Origin: Pristiophorus japonicus | Lineage: Eukaryota | DNA: 64,000 nucleotides | Direction of reading: 5' to 3' | Assembly: GCF_044704955.1 (NCBI RefSeq) | Contig: NC_091995.1 | Location: 16,120,001 to 16,184,000, forward strand | Part shown: one piece after another, positions 11,846 through 22,544 of the stretch | Position numbering within the stretch: position 1 is the first letter of the stretch | Layout: every line of letters starts with the position of its first letter | Notes under the pieces: model-generated | Database searches by the model: none | What the model was told of the DNA's origin: nothing | The model's input: the letters and a program-made list of their open reading frames with translations, nothing else | Position numbers and translations under genes: made by a program

Positions 11846-12499
11846 ATTTATAACTTGAGCTTAGTTCAATATGCGCTGATTACATTTCCAAGCTGTTGAA
11901 ACCCTGCGGACGGTCAATAGGGAATTAATTTGACAATTTAACACTATAAACTGGCCAGCATACTAATTGCTGGTCTATTAATATTAGCCTATAAATCATT
12001 CCGAAAAACACAAAGCCACAAAATTTAATTCATCCGATAAGAATGCATTGTGACGATGGTGTTACCTACCAAAACCTAGCTATTTTCCACTTTAATGTAA
12101 GGCCTTAAGAAGTCATTTCTGGAACATCAAACATCAGTAGTTCTCAATAACTCATTACAAAACAGAACGTATTGAGGTTCTGATTACTCTTAAATGTTCT
12201 GATAGTTACTGTATTCCACCATGAACCTCTGGGTGAGAAGGCCCCACTCCAGGAATTTTAGCACACAAATATCTAGGTTGAAGCTCCAGTGCAGTACTGA
12301 GGGAGCGCTGCACTGTCGGAGGGGCGGTCTTTCCGATGAGACGTTGAACCGAGGCCCAGTCTGCCCTCTCAGGTGCATGTAAAAGATCCCATGGTATTTT
12401 TCGGAGAAGAGCAGGGGAGATATCTTGACCAATAATTATCCCTCATCCAGCATCACAAAAAAACAAGATGATCTATTCATTAACACCTTACTTTTTGTG

Positions 12500-14382
12500 C
12501 AAGCACTAAGCCTTGTACATGGGCTTCTGTGACCTCACAAAGGCCTTTGACACTGTCAACCGCGGGGTCTATGGAGCGTCCTCCTCCATTTCGGCTGCCC
12601 CCAGCCTCCACCTGCTCCACGACGACTTGCAAGCCATGATCCTGACCAACAGATCCCCACAGACTCGATCCACATCTGGGCCGGGGTCAAGCAGGGCTTC
12701 ATCTTCACGCCAATGCTCTTCTCGATCTTTCTTGCTGCAATGCTCAATCTCACTCTCAACAAGCTCTCCGCTGGAGTGGAACTAAACTGTTGGAGCGTAT
12801 TTTTGGACATATACTTGACTAGTATACGGGACCAAACATTTGTTTTTATTTTCCCCTTTAATTAATTTTGTAAGGGACAATACTGATGCATTATGCTTTA
12901 TATAACAAAAACACAGTTAGACTTCAAGGTATGCTGGCCTTGAGTTATGGAGATAGGAAAGTGAGATAATGAACGACTGGAGAGATAAGTGCCGAGTATG
13001 TTTGTCTATACTGGTGCCAAAAGGGCCTGCCCTTGTTTATAATGCCCTGTCACAATGCAGGCTGGTTTATATCAAGAACTCAGCCTTGGATGAAAAGCTT
13101 TGTAAACCTTGTAATGCGATGATTAGACGTGAGGACTAGTGCTAAAGCATGTGATGTAAAGTGGCGTAATTTGTAAGATAAAAGAACCTCACTGGAGATA
13201 CCAATTTGAGAAGCTGGTTCAAAGACAGGGGTCTTTAACACTTCTCCCAAACTTTGTCTCCGATTTAATAAACCGCTCTTTATATAGTATACAGTCTCAG
13301 AAATATTTTTCCACAACAAAACTATACAACGAATGGGGACCTGTTAAACCTTCATTGCCTTCAGGCTAGATCAAAAGCCCCAACCTCTGTCATCGAACTA
13401 CAGTACACGAATGACACTTGCGTTTGTGCACATTCAGAGGCTGATCTCCAAGCCATCATCAACATCTTCACCAACGCATACGAAAGCATGGGCCTTACAC
13501 TAAACATCCATAAGACAAAGGTCCTCCACCAACCTGACCCCACCTCACGTCATCAAAATCCATGGCGTGGCCTTGGACAACGTGGAACACTTTCCATACC
13601 TCGGGAGCCTACTATCAGCAAGGGAAGACATCGATGACAAAGTCTAACACCGCCTCCATTATGCCAGCACAGCCTTCGGTTACCTGAGGAAGAGAATATT
13701 TGAATATCTGGACCTCAAATCTGGAACGAAGCTTATGGTCTACAGGGCAGTAGTGATACCCACCCTCCTACATGGCTCAGAGACGTGGACCATATACAGT
13801 AGACACCTCAAAGCGCTGGAGAAGTACCACCAGCGCTGCCTCTGCAAAATCCTTCAAATCCATTGGGAGAATAGACATACCAACATCGGTGTTCTCACTC
13901 AGGCCAACATCCCCAGCATCGAAGCACTGACCACACTCGACCAGCTCCATTGGGCGGGCCACATCGTCCTCATGCATGACACGAGACTCATGAAGCTAGT
14001 GCTCTACTCGGAACTCCTACATAGCAAGCATGCCCCAGGTGGGCAGAAGAAACGTTTCAAGGACACCCTCAAAGCCTCCTTGATAAAGTGCAACATCGCC
14101 ACCGACACCTGGGAGTCCCTGGCACAAGACGGCCCTAAGTGGAGGAAGAGCATCCAGGAGGGTGCTGAGCACCTCGAGTCTCGTCACCGAGAACATGCAG
14201 AAAACAAGCGCAGGCAGCGGAAGGAGCGTGCAGCAAACCAGGCTCCCAACCCACCTCTTCCTTCAATGACTGTCTGTCCCACCTGTGACAGAGACTGTAA
14301 TTCCCGTATTGGACTGTAACTGAGAAGTCACTTTTAAAGTGGGAGCAAGTCTTCCTCGATTTCGAGGGACTGCCTATGATTG
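12500..14382 (+). mobile_element. RTE LINE 3' part, inserted in a Deu-SINE (~12227-12499 and ~14385-14525)
   Basis: DLTKAFDTVN and GVKQG motifs, ORF 13735..14319; SINE halves on both sides. Confidence 0.88.
12788..13318 (+). mobile_element. Solo LTR (531 bp) inserted in the RTE
   Basis: TGTTG...CAACA termini; 4-bp TSD AAAC (12784-12787 and 13319-13322); AATAAA near 13267; RTE sequence is continuous across the site. Confidence 0.85.
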
Positions 14383-14551
14383 ATCGCCTCTTGTGGGATC
14401 TTGCTCTGTGCAATTTCGCTGGCCCGTTTCTTACATTACAACAGTGACTACACTTTCACTGTAAAGCACTTTGGGAAATCCTGCGGTCGAGAAAGGCGCT
14501 GAAAATAAAGTCATGTTTTTTTTACTTTTAATTTCAACACTTTGAAGACAC

Positions 14552-15285
14552 GAGGGGGCAGATTTTGGCTTTGGAATGATCTTAACTTCGTGCGATGACG
14601 TCAAACGGGTGATGTCAATGGAAGTAAAAATGGGGAGAGCTGAAAAACGGGCTGCCAATTGGCTATCACCCGTTAAAATATCACCCAACAGTAAGAGCCA
14701 GGCGTATTTTTCCGCCTCACAGAAGTTTTATTGATGTGCCATTAATTAATATTTCAGTAATTCCGCTTGAATAATATGGGTCCAGTTCCTTTGGCCCCTC
14801 CTATGTATTGACATCTTAAAATCGTTGATCAACGTTTCCGGGTGAATCGTCAGCATCTATTCAAAGAATTTCTCGACAATCTGGATAGAAATATTGAATT
14901 GAACGACTCTTTAAGAACGTATTTGCCCCGTCGAATTCTTGTTTACCCGATGATGATTTTAGCCGTACAATTACAGGGCGCACAATCAGAAGGGTGACCC
15001 ATTGACACACACACACACACTTAACAAGGATACACACAGTTTGTCGCTGCCGTGTGCATCCGATCAATGCGAACACATGAGCCAGAAACCTCACAGAACA
15101 GGAGTTAAACTGGTTGCCGCTCTGTCTGCTTATTTCCTCCTTTCTAAGATGACCGACTGATGTCAGTATTTACTCGGGGCTCTAAGAAAATATGTTGGTT
15201 TTTTTTACTTAGCAATGCGGAATACGTATACTTCTAGCGTTAATGCGAAGGAAATGATTATAGATTCGCCTACTCTGCTGCAGGT
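14552..15285 (+). repeat. Unidentified 'X unit', copy 1
   Basis: Homologous to copies at ~20.0, 38.4, 42.8 and 45.9 kb; ORF broken by TGA. Confidence 0.85.
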
Positions 15286-15319
15286 TGTAATCAACTCCCA
15301 AATATATATGTATATATAT

Positions 15320-16512
15320 ATCATCATCATAGGCAGTCCCTCGGAATCGAGGATGACTTGCTTCCACACTAAAAATTAGTACTCAGGTGACTAATGAACT
15401 AATTTTAAACGGTAGAAGATACCCGTGCGTGAATTCTTTTAACGTGGGATGGCATTGCACGCCAGCCACCACACTTGCTTGACGAAGCAATTTCTTGGTC
15501 CAGTGGTAAGGGGATCAAGACGATTTCAGACCAGGGTCTGCGCATGTGCCAATACATACACACAAATTCAAACATACTCCTACTGTCCTCCTTCCTTCCT
15601 CCTTCCCATAGGACCTCTCTCGACATAGAATTCATAGTACGCAATGTGAGCCTCACAACGTCATAGCCTCGTTATTGGCCCATGCTGCACCTTCCTTTGG
15701 TCTTGCCCATGCTGCTCCACCTCTGGGCTCTGACCTCTTTGCGCCTCCGTGCCCCGTCCGTCCTCTCCTCTCCGCCTCTGATCTCCGGAACACACTGGTC
15801 CTCACTGATCCTGACGTCCGGACCTCGCTGGTCACAATCTCTGCTGCTCGTCAGTCCCTCCCCTCTGCTCCTCGCTGGTCCAGACCTCTGGACCTCACCA
15901 GTCACAACCTCCCCTCCTCGCCGCTTCCGGCCTCCACTCCTCACTGCTTTCAAACTCCATTCCACAATCCTGCTGACCTCCCCTCCTCCCCACTTCCGAC
16001 CTCCGCTCCTTGCCGCTTCTGACCTCTTTTCCTTGCCGGTTCTGACCTCCACTTAACACCAATTGCCATCTCCGTTCCTCGCTGCTTCTGTCCTCTGCAT
16101 CTCCCACTCCTGCTCCTAGGTCCCACCTCTCCACTAGGCGCCAGCACGCTCCATGAGATGCCACCAATCATCCACCTGGATTCCGGTGACGTCTAATTTT
16201 GTTGCCCAATTTGGTTTTGTTGCCATCACGTTGTTGATTCTGCTGCTGCAGTGGATAGCTTTTTTGATTTGCCCGCAGCTACAAACTCCAAACTCCAAAC
16301 TGCTCCTCTGTAGTCGGGCATTTTTTGATTTGCCCAGAGCTCCAAACTCCAAACTATTAACTGCTCCTCTGACTGTCCAATGTAGTCGGACTTTTATTGA
16401 TTTACACACAGCTCCAAACTCCAAACTATAAATTGCTCCTCGGACTGTCCCATGAATCGGACATTTTTTGATTTGCCCATAGCTCCAGCCTCGCGCTCCA
16501 AGCTACTCCAAA
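15320..16512 (-). mobile_element. Non-autonomous RTE-derived composite element (VNTR/GC-rich 5' part, RTE 5'UTR piece, RTE 3' end)
   Basis: 15320-15545 matches the RTE 3' tail joined directly to the RTE 5'UTR seen at ~22730-22860; GCTCCAAACTCCAAACT repeats at 16255-16510. Confidence 0.65.
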
Positions 16513-16598
16513 CAGACACACACACAGACACATGTGCACACATATATACATATATATATATAGATCATAGTAGAGGAGATGTGTCAATTCGTGTAGTA

Positions 16599-16688
16599 GC
16601 CGCAGTGGACTAATTCATAAGCCAGTGAGTTAATAAAGCAGTGATGCTCCTAAGCCACAGATTGTGATTTCAAGTCATAGCTAGGGTT
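16599..16688 (+). pseudogene. Degenerate tRNA-Arg(CCT) copy with internal duplication
   Basis: GCCGCAGTGGACTAATTCATAAG...CTCCTAAGCCACAGATTGTG; standard cassette flanks. Confidence 0.65.
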
Positions 16689-16789
16689 GTGCACTGTTTT
16701 AGCACCAGCTGTGGCTCAGTAGTTAGCACTCTTACACTCCAGAAAGTGGCAGTGGATTCAAAGTCTCTTCATTGTGTTGAAATAAAAAA

Positions 16790-17418
16790 TAAGAACATAA
16801 GGAGTAGGCCATTTGGCCCTGCTCAGCCATTCAATGGCTGTTCCGATCATGGACTCAGCTCCAAACTACGTCCCCTAGTTTTAGTTTCTCCTATGAGTGA
16901 AAATATCCTCTCTGCAGCCACCTTGTCGAGACCCCTCATGATCTTATCATCATCACAGGCAGTCCCTCGGAGTCGAGGAAGTTTGCTTCCACTCTAAAAA
17001 TGAGTTCGTAGGTGACTGAACAGTCCAATATGAGAACCACAGTCCCTGTCACAGGTGGGACAGACAGTCGTTGAAGGAACGGGTGGGTGCGGAGTTTGGT
17101 TTGCCGCACGCTCCTTCCACTGCCTGTGCTTTCTTTCTGCATGCTCTCAACGATGAGAGTTAAGGTGCTCAGTGCCCTCCCAGATGCACTTCCTCCGCTT
17201 AGGGCGGTCTTTGACCAGGGACTCCCAGGTGTCAGTGGGGATGTTGCACTTCATCAAGGAGGCTTTGACGGTATCTTATAAGTTTCCATAAGATCACCTC
17301 TCATTCTTCTGAACTCCAATTTGTGTAGGCCCAAACTACTCAATGTATACTCATAAATCAACCCCCTCATCTCCGGAATCAACCTGGTGAACGTTCTCTG
17401 AACAGTCTACAATGCAAC
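16790..17418 (-). mobile_element. CR1 3' fragment containing an RTE 3' fragment (~16948-17272, minus)
   Basis: ATCTTAT duplicated either side of the RTE piece. Confidence 0.75.
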
Positions 17419-17827
17419 AAAAACTTGCATTTATATAGTATCTTTCAGGACTTCAGAACATCATGAAGCTCTTTACCGCAAATTTGTAGTCACTGTTGTA
17501 ATGCAAGAAATCCGGCAGTCAATTTGCACACAGCAAGATCCCACTGACAGTAATGTGGTAATGAATAGATCATTTTATTTTTTTGTGATGTTGGATGAGG
17601 GATAAATATTAGCCAGGACACCGGGAATATCTCCCCTGCTCTTCTCCGAAATAGTGCCGTAGGACCTTTTACATGCACCTGAGAAAGCACACGGGGCCTC
17701 GGTTAAACGTAAAATCGGAAAGACAGCACCTCCTTCAGTGCAGCGGTCCTTCAGTCCTTTTGTGCTCTAATTTCTGGAGTGGGGCCTTCTGACCCAGTGA
17801 GGCACAGCTGTCACTAAAACTTTACCT

Positions 17828-17900
17828 CAGCCCAGATGGGACTCGAACCCACAATCTCTGGCTTAGGAGGCTAGTGCCTTATCCATTAGGGAACAGGGGC
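17828..17900 (-). pseudogene. tRNA-Arg(CCT) copy, probably pseudogene
   Basis: 73 nt with CCT anticodon and intact B box, but D-stem/A-box (GTTCCCTAATGG) and acceptor-stem mismatches. Confidence 0.8.
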
Positions 17901-18192
17901 TGCTGTGCATATCTACACAGCTATCTCACTCTGCTCTAAGTTTTCAATACAGCGTCTTCCTGCAATCTTCGGGACTTTAAAAGTCAAGTTTGACCTCACC
18001 TTATCATTACTTGATTTGCCTCATTAATTCCATTGCTCTTTTCAATCTTGGTTTCTCATTTAGAAAGTTAGGAAGAAACAACATTCTCGTACTGCATGTC
18101 CCATGTCTTCCGTTCTATTAGCTGCAATACAAGACGGGTGATAGCACACCGTTCAACCTATTCCCTAACAGGAGTCAAAGATTGGCAGTGTT

Positions 18193-18700
18193 CATGCTCT
18201 GAAATTTTTGAAATCGACGTTGAAACAAGAAGGCTGCAAAGTGCTTAAACGTAAGATGAGGTGCTAATCCTCGAGCTTGCGTTGAGCTTCATTGGAACAG
18301 TGTAGGAGACCGAAGACAGAGAGGTCAGAGTGGCAATGGAGTGGACAATTAAAGTGACAGGCGACTGGAAGCTCTCAAACTTGCACACTGATCGGAGGTG
18401 CTCCACAAAGCACTCACCCAATCTACGTTTAGTCTCCCCAACGTAGAGGAGACCACATCGTGAGCAGCGAATACAGTATGCTAAATTGAAAGAAGTACAA
18501 GTAAATCACTGATTCACCTGGAAGGAGTTTTTGGGGCCCTGGATAGTGGGAAGGGAGGAGGTAAAAGGACAGGTGTTGCATCTCCTGTGCTTGCATGGAA
18601 AGGTGCCGTGGGAAGGGGAAGGGATTGTTGGCGGTGACTGTGGAATGGGCCACAGAGGGAGCAGTCCCTTCAGAAGGCTGAGGGGGGAGGGGAGGGGAGG
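18193..18700 (-). mobile_element. Penelope-like retroelement, GIY-YIG endonuclease remnant
   Basis: Minus-strand translation RCNTCP...FTCTSFNLAYCIRCSRCGLLYVGETKRRLGECFVEHL...PVACHFN, with stops. Confidence 0.85.
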
Positions 18701-18859
18701 GGAATTACCCTTAAATTGTGAGAACTCTTAAATGTTCTTATAGTTGCTATATTCTTCTGTGTATTTTCAGGTATCCAGTTTAAATGATTTCTTTTTACTT
18801 TGTATTTGAAAACTTGGAGCAAACTGACATAGTAGATGAGAGTACCAATTTGTGTAGGG

Positions 18860-18932
18860 GCCCCAATAGCCTAGTTCATAAGGCAATGAGTTCCTAAGCC
18901 ACAGATTGTGAGTTCCTGTCCCATCTGAGATC
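18860..18932 (+). pseudogene. Degenerate tRNA-Arg(CCT) copy
   Basis: GCCCCAATAGCCTAGTTCATAAGGCAATGAGTTCCTAAGCCACAGATTGTGAG. Confidence 0.7.
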
Positions 18933-19029
18933 GTGCAGTGATTTGGAACCAGCAGTTGTTCAGTAGAATTGCACTCTCACACTCCAAAAACTGGCAGTGC
19001 GTTTAGAGTCTCTTCATTGTGTTGCAATA

Positions 19030-19510
19030 AGAAAAGAAGAGCAGGAACAATTAATTTGGCCGATTGAGCCCTCTCTGCCATTTAATCTGATCATGGACTC
19101 AGCTCGACATCCCTGCTCACTGTCCTTTACTCCCCTATTTCACAAAAATCTGTCTATCTCCGCCTTAAATGTATTGAAAGACCCAGCCTCCACAGCTCGC
19201 TGGGGCAGAGAATTCCATAGATTTACAACCGTCTGAGAGAAGAAATTTTTCGTCATCTCAATTTTAAATGGGCCACACCTTATTCTGAATCTATGTCCCT
19301 TAGTTTTAGTTTCCCCTATGAGTGCAAATATTCTCTCTGCATCCACCTTGTCGAGCTCCCTCATTATCTTATAAGTTTCAATAAGATCACCTCTCATTCT
19401 TCTGAAATCCAATGCGTAGAGGCCCAAACTACTCAACCTATCTTCATAAGTCAACCCCCTCATCTCCGGAATCAACCTAGTGAACCTTCTCTGAACAGCC
19501 TCCAATGGAA
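19030..19510 (-). mobile_element. CR1 3' fragment
   Basis: ORF 19140..19532: EAVQRRFTRLIP...VNLWNSLP. Confidence 0.88.
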
Positions 19511-19994
19511 GTAAAAACTTGCATTTATACATCGCTTTTCACGACTTCAGAGCATCATGAAGCTCTTAACCACCAAAGTGTAGTCACTGTCTAAATGCAA
19601 TAAAGACGACCGCCAATTTTCACACTGCAAGATCCCACTGACATTAATGTGATAATGAATAGATCATCTTTTTTTTAATGTTGGATGAGCGGTAAGTATT
19701 GGTCAGGACACCGGGAATAACTCCCCTGCTCTTCTCCGAAATAGGCCCATGTAATACTATAAATTGGCCTGCATATTAACCTGCTGATATTTATTAATAT
19801 TAGCCTATAAATCATTCGAAAAGCCACAGAATTTAATTCATCTGATAATAATGCATTGTGACGTAGCTGTTATTTACCAAAACCGAGCTATGTTCTACTT
19901 TAATGTAAGGAATTAAGAAGTCGTTGCTGAAATGTTAAACGTCAATAGCTCTCAATATAACGTTGGAAAATAAAACAACCTACTACTTAACATT

Positions 19995-20714
19995 TCATTG
20001 AGAAATACACTTCCTGACATCAGATGAGGGGCAGATTTTGGCTTTGGAATAGATCTTCACTTCGTGAGATAGTGTCAAACGGGTGACGTCAATGGAAGTA
20101 ACAATGGGGAGAGATGGAAAACGGGCTGCTAACTGGCTATCACCCGTTAAATCTCACGCAACAGTCGGAGTCAGACATATGTTTTCCAGCTCACGGAAGT
20201 TTTATTGAAATGCCATTAATTACCAGTTTAATAATCTGCTTCAATAATATCGGTCGAGTTCCTCTGGTCCCTCCTGTGTATCGACAGCTTGAAAGCGCCG
20301 AACAGCTTTTCCAGGTGAATCGGAAGCAGCTGTTCAAAGAATTCCTAGACAATTTGGATAGAAATATTGAACTGAACGACCCTTTAAGAACGTATTTGCC
20401 CCGTCGAATTCTTGTTTCTCCATGGTGATATTAACCGTACAATTACAGGGCGCGCAGTCAGAAGGGCGACCCATTGTCACACACACTTTACATGGGCACA
20501 CAGTTAGTTTGCCACTGCCGTCTGCATGCGAGCCTGTGTTTATACTTACCAATGCAAAATACGTATAATTCACGCAGTAATGAGAAAGGAATGATTAAAG
20601 ATTCGTCTACTCTGCTGCTGGGCTCAATTACACCGATATTTATCAAATAAAAATAAAATTCAGCGCTTTCTATAACCGGCACTCGATCCACAGCGACAGC
20701 TTTGTAGCCGGATA
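19995..20714 (+). repeat. X unit, copy 2 (runs into assembly gap)
   Basis: Homology to the other copies; ORF 20114..20428. Confidence 0.85.
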
Positions 20715-21021
20715 NNNNNNNNNNNNNNNNNNNNNNNNNNNNNNNNNNNNNNNNNNNNNNNNNNNNNNNNNNNNNNNNNNNNNNNNNNNNNNNNNNNNNN
20801 NNNNNNNNNNNNNNNNNNNNNNNNNNNNNNNNNNNNNNNNNNNNNNNNNNNNNNNNNNNNNNNNNNNNNNNNNNNNNNNNNNNNNNNNNNNNNNNNNNNN
20901 NNNNNNNNNNNNNNNNNNNNNNNNNNNNNNNNNNNNNNNNNNNNNNNNNNNNNNNNNNNNNNNNNNNNNNNNNNNNNNNNNNNNNNNNNNNNNNNNNNNN
21001 NNNNNNNNNNNNNNNNNNNNN
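20715..21021. other. Assembly gap (N run)
   Basis: Ns. Confidence 1.
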
Positions 21022-21031
21022 CATATATATA

Positions 21032-21980
21032 TAGTAAATGTTGGTCCCTTAGAGAATGAGACTGTGAAGTTAATAATGGAGAACCGGGAAATGGCAGTGA
21101 GGTTGAACAAATATTTTGTATCGGTCTTCAGAGTAGAAGACAGTAAAAACATCTCAATAGTGGATAACCAAGGGGCTATATGGCGGGAGGAACTGAATAC
21201 AATCACTATCACTAATGAAGTAGTACTTGGTAAAATAATGGGACTAAAGGCAGAAAAGGTTCCTGGACCTGATAGCTTACATCCTAGGGTCTTAACAGAA
21301 GTGGTGGTCGAGTTAATGGATGCATTGGGCTTCTCCGAACAAGCCCGGATTCAACAGCCGGATACCTTGGATAAGTTTCAACGATCTTTTATTCCAGCAC
21401 GTGCAGGTGGAGCATCTCATTTCTCAGCTGCTTGAGAAGATCTCCAATGATCTGTTCAAATTGCACCTTAATTATAGAGGTTTTGGCAAATGAGTGTCCT
21501 CGTGGACATACGTTAACAGTGACGTGATTGGTGTGTGGTTTTAAGCATACCTCTTGGTTAGCCAGCTCGGGGCCTCCACAATAGCCAGATAACATCTTTG
21601 AAAATCAATCTTGCTCTTATAGTTTAATCTACCAAATTCCCTGGATTCTGGTGCAGTCCCAGCGGATTTGAATACCCCAAATGAAACGCCCCAATTTACA
21701 AAAGGAGGCAGACAAAAAGCAGGAAACTATAGACCAGTTACCCTAACATCTGTCATTGAGAAAATGCTGGAGTCCATTATTAAGGAAGCAGTAGCGGGAC
21801 ATTTGGAAAAGCATGATTCAATCAAACAGAATCAGCATGGTTTTATGAAAGGCAAATCATGTTTGACAAATTTACTGTAAATGTTTCAGGATGCATCGAG
21901 CAGGATGGATAAGGGGGAACCAGTGGACATGTTGTATTTGGATTTCCAGAAGGCATTCGATAAGGTGCCACATAAGAGGC
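21032..21980 (+). mobile_element. CR1 ORF2 fragment with a ~294-bp insert at 21328-21621
   Basis: LNKYFVSVF, PGPDSLHPRVL, NYRPVTLTS and LDFQKAFDKVPH motifs. Confidence 0.85.
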
Positions 21981-22239
21981 TGTGGCTGCAGCGAGAGTGC
22001 AGACTATCAAGGGCCGAAAGGACCCCGCACTGGCCTGCTTCTGTCCCAGGCCGAAAGGACCCCGCATTGTCCTGCTTCTATCCTGGGTTGAAAGGAACCC
22101 ACACCGGCCCGTTTCTATTCGGGCCAGAGCGACCCCTGCACCGGCACCGGCTCCTGTTTGGGGCTTGCGGCCTACACCGGGACATCATCCTAGGTAGAGA
22201 AGTTTGGTTGATTAATGTTCCTGCCACTACAGGACAGCG

Positions 22240-22440
22240 GGAGTCTGATACACCAGGAACCAAACACCAGTAGTCCGACACACCGGGAACCAAACACCGG
22301 TAGTCTGACACACCGTGAAGCAAACACCGGGAGTCCGACACACCGGGAACCAAACACTGGGAACCAAACACCAGGAGCCTGACACACCGGGAACCCCCAA
22401 GAGTCAGCGGGAACCAAACACTGGGAGTCCGACCCACCAG
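22240..22440. repeat. ~30-bp minisatellite (GACACACCGGGAACCAAACACCGGTAGTCC-like)
   Basis: Directly visible tandem units. Confidence 0.85.
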
Positions 22441-22544
22441 ACCTTTTAGTCTTTCATTTTAGTCTAACATTTTTAATGTTTCAATATTTCCTTTTAATAT
22501 TTTAATACAAACTTTTTAAAACTCATCATTTTAATACAGACTTT

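Noticed and set aside
15653-16431. Cluster of overlapping 60-126 aa ORFs
   Set aside because: Low-complexity GC-rich repeat module of a retroposon; no domain signal
20488-21212. Long ORFs across N runs (also 46616-47100)
   Set aside because: Artefacts of gaps and microsatellites
22240-22440. CRISPR-like regular repeats
   Set aside because: No unique spacers, eukaryotic context; a simple minisatellite
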